Positions 38,401 through 44,185 of a stretch of DNA of 59,468 nt are shown in pieces. The position numbers and the translations under genes were made by a program. Below the pieces are notes generated by a model. That model was not told the origin of the DNA. It ran no database searches and saw only the letters and a list, made by a program, of their open reading frames with translations. Position 1 is the first letter of the stretch. Every line of letters begins with the position of its first letter. Where the stretch lies: assembly GCA_964541455.1 (NCBI GenBank), contig CAZIPS010000005.1, forward strand, positions 1 through 59,468. The letters are read 5' to 3'. Source of the stretch: an uncultured Candidatus Saccharibacteria bacterium. Its GTDB lineage: Bacteria > Patescibacteriota > Minisyncoccia > Phycocordibacterales > JAKFXT01.

Positions 38401-38596
38401 GCTCAAAACTAACAAATTCAAGAGTGAATTTCTTGTCAGAGTAATCTTTTATGGGAGAGAATTCTTTGAAAATTTCTTTGAGCCCCTCTTCCACCATCCA
38501 TTTGTAGGATAGGACTTGAGGTTCTACGAGATTAGGAAGCGTGGTGAGCGGTTCTTTGAAACGCCCGAAATACTTTTTTTCCATGGTGTATACCAA
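35408..38596 (-). CDS. rpoB: DNA-directed RNA polymerase subunit beta
   Basis: Conserved blocks, for example GDKLAGRHGNKGV and PFMGATD-type. The listed start is TTG at 38596; the ATG at 38584 (MEKKYFGRF) is the more likely start. Confidence 0.97.
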   Translation of the reverse strand: MVYTMEKKYFGRFKEPLTTLPNLVEPQVLSYKWMVEEGLKEIFKEFSPIKDYSDKKFTLEFVSFELGQPKYDEHYAKANKLSYEAPLRTIVRLTNKSINSKKEQEIFMVDFPLMTDHGTFVINGVERVIVPQLARSFGVLFTLEEVKGRGYFGARVIPSRGAWIEFETDPDGAMYVRIDRKRKFPVTSLLRVMGAETDTDILNLAKGDEQFKKVLELTLAKDTAKTTADAYIEIYKRMRDGDLATADNAREFVNSIFETERYDISPVGRFRFNKRFNLPLDEKTLSVRTLNLTDVGLIAKHVVSLNNTPNALPDDIDHLGSRRVRYVGEMLQQKMRVGMARMKRNIQDRMSTIDATSTLPIQFINPRPFQASVKEFFTTNQLSQFMAQENILQELEHLRTLSALGPGGLTRERAGFEVRDVHPSHYGRLCPIHTPEGPNIGLILRLATYARINDFGMIETPYAKVLNGKITKEILYLNALEEEKYNIAHAATPYDDNGNITVESVEVRKEGSPSIVPKKEVHFIDVAPDQAFSIATSMIPFLDHDDANRALMGSNMQKQATPCIIPEAPLVATGIEEAAARDTGRLILAKEEGEVIVSDARKIVVEGKKGKIEYPLVNFVRTNGFTAFHQRPVVTVGTKVKRGDLLADTSTSDKGQMAIGQNTLVAFMSWSGNNYEDAIILSERLVKNSKFTSIHIEEFEVSVRDTKLGPEVTTHDIPNVSEGKLKNLDEDGVVRIGAEVRPGDILVGKITPKGETQLTPEERLLRSIFGDKARDVKDTSLRMENGKRGRVIGVKVFSREKGDNLDSGIIKKIYIEIAQLRNISVGDKLAGRHGNKGVISRILPVEDMPYMEDGTPIDMILTPLGVPSRMNLGQILEMHLGLAANTLDYQAIVPPFMGATDVEIKQELKKAGYPENGKIPLYDGRSGEKFGQDIAVGYMYILKLHHMVEDKIHMRSIGPYSLITQQPLGGKAQSGGQRFGEMEVWALLGYGAAHTLREILTIKSDDIVGRSAAFDSIVKGVRINQPNIPASFNVLLSNLKGLALNVDLTHKRESEADEDITN

Positions 38597-38630
38597 CTAT
38601 TATTAAAACTTATTAATCCTCTCTCCTTCA

Positions 38631-38665
38631 CAAAAAAAGAAAACCGCCCCATCCTCCCTAGGGGC
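38631..38665 (-). promoter_or_regulatory. Terminator-like hairpin inside the rpoB 5' leader (candidate attenuator)
   Basis: On the minus strand: GCCCC-TAGGGAGGAT-GGGGC followed by GGTTTTCTTTTTTT. It ends about 35 nt before the rpoB start. Confidence 0.45.
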
Positions 38666-38789
38666 TTTTCGCTCTCACTTTTTTGTTATGTACGGCTTTG
38701 CACGTGGCTTTTTTAGAGTGATGTTTGAGCCTCACTCTAGCGACTTATGGAGTAACCTTTATCCATAACACAATCGTAGGTTAGCCGAA

Positions 38790-38817
38790 ATTATACGCGC
38801 AAAAATGGCTATGTCAA
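38790..38817 (-). promoter_or_regulatory. Near-consensus sigma70 promoter for rpoB
   Basis: On the minus strand: TTGACA (38817-38812), 16-nt spacer, TATAAT (38795-38790). This implies a leader of about 190 nt. Confidence 0.6.
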
Positions 38818-38842
38818 GCGTTTTTTCCGCCTTTTGGGGATA

Positions 38843-38877
38843 AGTAAAAAACAAAGCCCGCGGGATTCCCCGCGGGC
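38843..38877 (-). terminator. Intrinsic terminator of high-GC cassette F
   Basis: On the minus strand: 9-bp GC stem GCCCGCGGG / CCCGCGGGC (38877-38856) around a GAAT loop, followed by TTTGTTTTTT. Confidence 0.8.
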
Positions 38878-38894
38878 TCGATGCCTAACTCCTG

Positions 38895-39944
38895 TCAGCC
38901 GGAAACGCCACTTGCCATCCTAAAGTCGGCTTCTGTTTCCCGGACCGCCGCCGCCCTAGCTTTCTCACTCAGAAGGCGCCTTTGGCCCTTGCGAATTGTG
39001 CGGATCTCCTGAAGGAACCGTCCTGCCTTTGATCTCGCCACCACGGCCTCCTCAAGAGTTTTGGCTGGCCTCGGCACCCTATCTAAGCACAGGTAATCAG
39101 GGAGTTTCGTCTGGAGTGCTATTTCGAGCAGTTTCGCCTCACATGCTTCGGACAGGTCAAGCATATAGGGACGGAGCAGATTGAGCTCGCCGATGTGGTC
39201 GAGAACTTCCACCATCCAGGGTTTTGCTACCTCGAGCTGCTCCCACTGCACGCTCATTGCCTGCTTTTCTTCTTCCTTCAGCCACGAGTCAAGTACAGGC
39301 GCGCGGATTTGAAAGAGGGTACGCGCCAAAGTACAAAGGAACTCGTGAACCTTCTTCGCTGTTGAGCTCCCCCTTTCGTGTCGAGCTGGAAAGTTGACGA
39401 AGCCCTCCTCAGGGTCGTTTCGGAAAAAGTGTTGAATCATCGGGAAAAGATCCCCGAGAATATGCCTTTCCCAAAAAGGGCTTAGGCCATGTCTCCCCTC
39501 TCCTTCTGGCGTTTGAGCAAAAACCTTGCTGGTCACAACATCAAGTGCCTTGCTTGCAACCATTCGGCGCAAGTCAGAAACCGATACCAGCTGTGGGTTG
39601 CCATTAGCGTCGCGGGCCATGGTGATATGCTTGTCAGAATCGCCCACTTCGCCCCTCATGAGACTGAAAGACGACCAACCATCTGCCACTCGCAAATAGA
39701 AGCCGGCCTTGTCCTTATATGCATACTCTTTCTCTGCGTAGTGACGACGCTGAAGTGGAACATCGAAGCCCGAGAGGAGGAGCCCCACCATCTCGTGGTA
39801 AGTAGCTCCATGCCAACGGACCAGCCACTCGTGCCAGTTCTTTGTAGGAAGAACCTTCCTTTTGTTGAGCGGGAGTATGCCGTCGATCAAAGCATTTTCT
39901 GCCGCAATGCGCTCCTCCACAACTCGATCAAAAAGTGACATCAC
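38895..39944 (-). CDS. Hypothetical protein (349 aa), high-GC cassette F
   Basis: Long clean ORF. TTGACA at 40041-40036 (minus strand), a purine-rich SD and its own terminator. No domain recognised. Confidence 0.65.
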   Translation of the reverse strand: MMSLFDRVVEERIAAENALIDGILPLNKRKVLPTKNWHEWLVRWHGATYHEMVGLLLSGFDVPLQRRHYAEKEYAYKDKAGFYLRVADGWSSFSLMRGEVGDSDKHITMARDANGNPQLVSVSDLRRMVASKALDVVTSKVFAQTPEGEGRHGLSPFWERHILGDLFPMIQHFFRNDPEEGFVNFPARHERGSSTAKKVHEFLCTLARTLFQIRAPVLDSWLKEEEKQAMSVQWEQLEVAKPWMVEVLDHIGELNLLRPYMLDLSEACEAKLLEIALQTKLPDYLCLDRVPRPAKTLEEAVVARSKAGRFLQEIRTIRKGQRRLLSEKARAAAVRETEADFRMASGVSG

Positions 39945-40048
39945 CTTACCCTACCTTTCCGGTTAAAACAGTTATGCCCCGCACTGTGACGGGACGAGGT
40001 ACTACCACTTCTTAAATTACTCCTTATATAGAGCGTGTCAATTAAGAC

Positions 40049-40723
40049 TTAGTTTTTATTTTTCCACTCCTCTATCTTTTTATGATCTCCTGTGATCAAA
40101 ACCTCTGGGACTGAATATTTTTTTCCCTGATATTCAAAACTTTCTGGTCGAGTATATACTTCAGAGCTTGAAACGCGATATTCCTCTACTGACTCAAGGT
40201 TACCCAAGACTCCTTTCACACGACGGGAAATACTATCAAGTACAACCATGGCAGGGAGCTCTCCCCCGGTGAGCACATAGGGACCAACTGATAATTCTTC
40301 GGCTTTTAGTATCTTTTGTACTCGTGCATCTATCCCTTCATAGCGTCCACAAATCAAAATGAGATTAGTATATTTTTTAACTGCTTTTTCAGCTACGTCT
40401 GATGAGAATTGGCTCCCACTTGGCGAGAAGAAAAACACCTTAGCCTTCTTAGGATCTTTTATTTTTTTATAGGCTTTTTCTATCGCAAGGAGTACTGGCT
40501 CGGCACGAATAACCATACCAGGTCCCCCTCCATAAGGGCGATCATCAACTATTTTGCTCACATTACCATCGGGCCACACTTTTCTGTATTTTCCCTTCAC
40601 AAAATCCCGTGGGTTATAGAATGAAATTTTTATTTTCTTTTCTTTTTTGGCGCGCGCCAAAATAGACTCATTTAAATATGAGTCAAAGCTTTCCGGGAAA
40701 AGGGTGATGATATGGAAATGCAT
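40049..40723 (-). CDS. trmD: tRNA (guanine37-N1)-methyltransferase
   Basis: MHFHIITLFPESF, the GGGPGMV loop, CGRYEGID and the LTGGELPAMV SPOUT knot motifs. Confidence 0.95.
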   Translation of the reverse strand: MHFHIITLFPESFDSYLNESILARAKKEKKIKISFYNPRDFVKGKYRKVWPDGNVSKIVDDRPYGGGPGMVIRAEPVLLAIEKAYKKIKDPKKAKVFFFSPSGSQFSSDVAEKAVKKYTNLILICGRYEGIDARVQKILKAEELSVGPYVLTGGELPAMVVLDSISRRVKGVLGNLESVEEYRVSSSEVYTRPESFEYQGKKYSVPEVLITGDHKKIEEWKNKN

Positions 40724-40724
40724 A

Positions 40725-40760
40725 TAAAAAACCGTGGAATTACCATACCACGGTTTTTTA
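40725..40760 (-). terminator. Hairpin with T-run located between the KH gene and the trmD ATG
   Basis: On the minus strand: ACCGTGG / CCACGGT stem with a 10-nt loop and T6, ending 2 nt before the trmD ATG. Confidence 0.55.
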
Positions 40761-40779
40761 TATTTGTCTTTATTTAGAT

Positions 40780-41100
40780 TTAGATAGTCCCCTCTTTGAG
40801 TCCCTCTATAACCTCGTCCACACTTGACGCTGAAGCACCAACTACCTGACGGCCTTCTGGCTCATTAATCTTGAGGTTAACGCGAGCATTATTCTTCATA
40901 CCCACCACTCGAAGTAGTGTACGGATAGCCTTGGCAGTGTTGCCCGAGCGACCGATCACTTTCCCCATATCATTTGGATCAACATCGAGAGTAAGGAGTA
41001 CCCCCATTTCATCAACTGTTCTTGTAATTTTTACTGCATTCGGATTATCCACTAACGACTTAACGACGTGCTCTAGAAATACTGCATCTTGTTCTGTCAT
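40780..41100 (-). CDS. KH-domain RNA-binding protein (YlqC/UPF0109 type)
   Basis: VIGRSGNTAKAIRTLL is the GxxG KH motif. The position between rpsP and trmD matches Firmicutes. Confidence 0.85.
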   Translation of the reverse strand: MTEQDAVFLEHVVKSLVDNPNAVKITRTVDEMGVLLTLDVDPNDMGKVIGRSGNTAKAIRTLLRVVGMKNNARVNLKINEPEGRQVVGASASSVDEVIEGLKEGTI

Positions 41101-41117
41101 AGGTCTCTTGTTGTCAA

Positions 41118-41145
41118 ATTATAGTGTTAAAACGATGAGTGACAA
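41118..41145 (-). promoter_or_regulatory. Sigma70-type promoter candidate for the KH gene
   Basis: On the minus strand: TTGTCA, 16-nt spacer, TATAAT. Confidence 0.45.
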
Positions 41146-41189
41146 TCTTTAGCTCATCATTAGTCTTGATTATATAAAAATTACCCCAA

Positions 41190-41234
41190 AAAACAATCCC
41201 TCCCTCGCCAAGGGCGAGGGAGGGATTGTTTTTA
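41190..41234 (-). terminator. Strong intrinsic terminator after rpsP
   Basis: Stem of 16 bp or more, CAATCCCTCCCTCGCC / GGCGAGGGAGGGATTG, with a T-run on the minus strand. Confidence 0.8.
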
Positions 41235-41238
41235 GTTA

Positions 41239-41643
41239 TTATGCAGCTACCTCTGCTTCAGTGGGTGCCTCTGCTTCTACTTGAGGAGCTTCGACCACCG
41301 GAGTCTCAACAGGGGCCTCTGCTACTGGAGTTTCTGCTTTAGGTGCCTCTTCTTTCACTTCCTTTACTGGAGGGGTCTTCTTTGGAAGTACATTTTTCTT
41401 TTTACCAGTAATAACTTTTTCTGACACCAAGAGATTATGCACCGTGTCTGTTGCTTGAGCTCCAACACTCATCCAGTACTTCACACGTTCAGCATTTATA
41501 ACTGGCTTGTTAAAACGTGGGTCATAGTTGCCAAGCACCTCAAGCACCTTACCACTTTTTGTAGAATTAAGACGGTCAGTCAAAACCACACGAAAATTAG
41601 ATTCGTGTTTGCGGCCAACGCGCTGTAGTCGTATTCGTAACAT
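41239..41643 (-). CDS. rpsP: 30S ribosomal protein S16 with a K/E/P/A-rich C-terminal extension
   Basis: Start placed at the ATG at 41643 (MLRIRLQRVGRKHESNFRVV, the canonical S16 N-terminus). The 71 upstream codons of the listed ORF are not protein-like. Confidence 0.9.
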   Translation of the reverse strand: MLRIRLQRVGRKHESNFRVVLTDRLNSTKSGKVLEVLGNYDPRFNKPVINAERVKYWMSVGAQATDTVHNLLVSEKVITGKKKNVLPKKTPPVKEVKEEAPKAETPVAEAPVETPVVEAPQVEAEAPTEAEVAA

Positions 41644-41908
41644 AAGGGGAACCTTACCAAAAAAGAAGCCTAAGGTCAAATAGCCCGGACATAAATATAC
41701 CCCATAACACACCCTACGCCCAAGGTAGCCCCTCCCTAAGGAAGCATTAAAAAAAAAGGGGCGACCTTCCCAGGTTACCCCTAATCGCTCATAGAACCAT
41801 GTTCGGGCTAAACGAATAGGAACGAGCCGCAAGACCTGTATCATAGCGCAAAACAAAAATTTGTATAGTCAATCCCCGTTTTCCATGCTACTCTGGTGCT
41901 CTATATAT

Positions 41909-43852
41909 ATGCACCCAAAACAGGCGAAAAAACCGACTGAAACCCTCGAGGGCACTATCTCAATCACCAGCAAAGGCGTGGGGTATGTTGCTATTGAGGG
42001 ACGTGAGGAAGATGTTGAAATTGCCCCTGAAAAAACAGGCGTTGCACTCCACGGAGACACTGTTCGTATCGCACTCATCGGTAAGAACTTCTACAACCGC
42101 GTAGTGGGTGAAGTGCTCGAAGTTATAGAGCGCCGAAAAACTCACTTCACAGGGAGCGTTATAAAAGATGGCAACCACACAGTGATTGTCGCTGACAATC
42201 GCAAAATTCACGTTGTTTTTGAAACAACTGACCCTGTTACTTTAAACACCAAAGTGTATTTTAAACTCATTTCATGGCGCCGCAGAGAGGATACTCCTAA
42301 AGTACGTATCCTTAAGGTAATCGGGGAAAAAGGAGATCACAATACCGAAATGGAATCGATCGTCCTCGACCGCGGTTTTTCCCCTACCTTCCCACCTGAA
42401 GTAGAGGCTGAAGCTGAAGCAATAAAAAGAGGGGCAGAAGCCGATCTTAAAGGAGAAGCTGCTAAACGCCGAGACATGCGTGGAACACTCACTATGACTA
42501 TTGATCCGTTCGATGCAAAAGACTTCGATGACGCGATTTCATTCCTCACTCTCCCAAATGGCCATTACGAAATCGGCATCCATATCGCTGACGTTTCGCA
42601 CTATCTGCAACATGGATCGCATCTCGACAAAGAGGCGGTGAAGCGGGCCACCTCCGTATATCTTGTAGACCGTACTATCCCTATGCTTCCTGAAATCCTC
42701 TCAAATGACCTCTGTAGCCTTAACCCAAATGAAGACAAGCTCGCTTTCTCTGCTATTTTTGAAATGGATACTACGGGGAAAGTCTATAACAAATGGTTCG
42801 GTCGCACGATCATTAACTCCACTAAACGTTTTACCTACGAAGAGGCACAGGAAAGCATTATTGGAAAAAGTGAGCTATACCGAGAAGAACTTACGATATT
42901 AAATACCATTGCCAAAAAACTCACTCTCGAAAGAACACGCAAGGGAGCCATCTCTTTCGAGCAGGATGAAGTTAAGTTTGTACTCAACGAAAAGGGAGTA
43001 CCCATCAAAGTTATTCGCAAGGTGCGCTTTGATGCGCACAAGCTCGTAGAAGAATTCATGCTCCTTGCTAATCGCGAGGTTGCCTTTTTCATAAACGAGC
43101 ACCATAAGAAAAAACATGGTGAGAAAGATACCCCTCTTTTCCTCTACCGTATTCATGATGTTCCTCATACAGAAAAAATCGCTGAACTGGCCCTTTTTGT
43201 AAAAGCACTTGGCTACGATTTACCTATCAAAGATACACATGTAACCGGTGTTGAATTAAATGCCCTTTTTAAACAGTTAGAGGGGAAGGCGGAAGAGATG
43301 ATGATTAAAACCGCTGCCGTACGCTCAATGGCAAAAGCGATTTATTCGGTGAACAATATTGGTCACTATGGTTTAGCGTTTGACTACTACACTCACTTCA
43401 CTTCCCCTATCCGCCGTTATCCTGATGTGCTCGTACACCGACTTGTTGCGGAGTATCTCGAAGGCAAGAAAATACCCCAACAAGAATTTGCCCGCCTTGA
43501 AAAACTTGCCTCAATCACCACCGAAGCCGAAATTCGTGCTGCGGAAGCAGAGCGTGAAAGTATAAAAATGAAACAAGTTGAGTACATGAGTACCCGCATC
43601 GGGCAAACCTTTGAAGGTACTATTTCAGGAGTTACTGAATGGGGAATGTACATAGAAGATAAGGAAACTAAAAGTGAAGGTATGATCCGCCTTAAAGACT
43701 TAACCGATGATTATTACGCACTCGATCAAAAGAATTATCGCCTCGTTGGAGAACGTACGAAAAAAACCTACGCCCTTGGAGACAGTGTAAAATTCCAAAT
43801 CATTGGCACCGACGTAGAACGACGCATGATCGATCTAAAGCTTGTAAAATAA
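41909..43852 (+). CDS. rnr: Ribonuclease R (RNB family, C-terminal S1 domain)
   Basis: OB/CSD region, RNB catalytic region (TIDPFDAKDFDDA, HYGLAF..YTHFTSPIRRYPD) and S1 domain. The listed ORF starts at TTG 41861; ATG 41909 (MHPKQAKK) is preferred. Confidence 0.9.
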   Translation: MHPKQAKKPTETLEGTISITSKGVGYVAIEGREEDVEIAPEKTGVALHGDTVRIALIGKNFYNRVVGEVLEVIERRKTHFTGSVIKDGNHTVIVADNRKIHVVFETTDPVTLNTKVYFKLISWRRREDTPKVRILKVIGEKGDHNTEMESIVLDRGFSPTFPPEVEAEAEAIKRGAEADLKGEAAKRRDMRGTLTMTIDPFDAKDFDDAISFLTLPNGHYEIGIHIADVSHYLQHGSHLDKEAVKRATSVYLVDRTIPMLPEILSNDLCSLNPNEDKLAFSAIFEMDTTGKVYNKWFGRTIINSTKRFTYEEAQESIIGKSELYREELTILNTIAKKLTLERTRKGAISFEQDEVKFVLNEKGVPIKVIRKVRFDAHKLVEEFMLLANREVAFFINEHHKKKHGEKDTPLFLYRIHDVPHTEKIAELALFVKALGYDLPIKDTHVTGVELNALFKQLEGKAEEMMIKTAAVRSMAKAIYSVNNIGHYGLAFDYYTHFTSPIRRYPDVLVHRLVAEYLEGKKIPQQEFARLEKLASITTEAEIRAAEAERESIKMKQVEYMSTRIGQTFEGTISGVTEWGMYIEDKETKSEGMIRLKDLTDDYYALDQKNYRLVGERTKKTYALGDSVKFQIIGTDVERRMIDLKLVK

Positions 43853-43872
43853 AGCGCCGCCCTTCTGGCGGC
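43842..43872 (-). terminator. Intrinsic terminator of high-GC cassette G (also abuts the rnr stop)
   Basis: GCCGCC / GGCGGC stem with a 5-nt loop, followed on the minus strand by GCTTTATTTTAC. Confidence 0.6.
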
Positions 43873-43877
43873 AGCTC

Positions 43878-44114
43878 CTATCGTCCGTGGGTGAACACCC
43901 CTTTTTCCTTGTAGCGATTTGCGTAAAGAAGCGCTTCGTCAAGCGGAAGCGGCGGCATGAACTCGACCTTTGTTCGGTCACCGCCACAGGTCGAATACCG
44001 CGAAACCTCCTCGCAATGGGTTGGCGAGACCATACTGATAGTCACTGACATGGTTGTGCCGCCCGCCTGTTCCTTGCCGAAAAGCTGCCCCAAAAGGGCC
44101 GTGATAAGTTCCAT
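43878..44114 (-). CDS. Hypothetical small protein (78 aa), high-GC cassette G
   Basis: AAGGAGAAG lies directly upstream of the ATG. TTGACA at 44182-44177 (minus strand). Own terminator. No domain recognised. Confidence 0.55.
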   Translation of the reverse strand: MELITALLGQLFGKEQAGGTTMSVTISMVSPTHCEEVSRYSTCGGDRTKVEFMPPLPLDEALLYANRYKEKGVFTHGR

Positions 44115-44185
44115 CGCCTTCTCCTTCTTGGAAGTTACGAAAATTCCGAAGTTAAGGATACCCTTTGGAACCTTGTTGTCAATTT

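Noticed and set aside
41700-41850. Calling an SRP RNA (ffs) gene here
   Set aside because: There are only short motif-level similarities to domain IV. I could not build the helix 8 hairpin with a GNRA loop by hand, so it is kept as a low-confidence finding and not as a feature.
41644-41856. 71-codon N-terminal extension of the S16 ORF
   Set aside because: The canonical S16 N-terminus MLRIRLQRVGRK starts at the internal ATG at 41643. The extension is non-protein-like and crosses a terminator-like hairpin.
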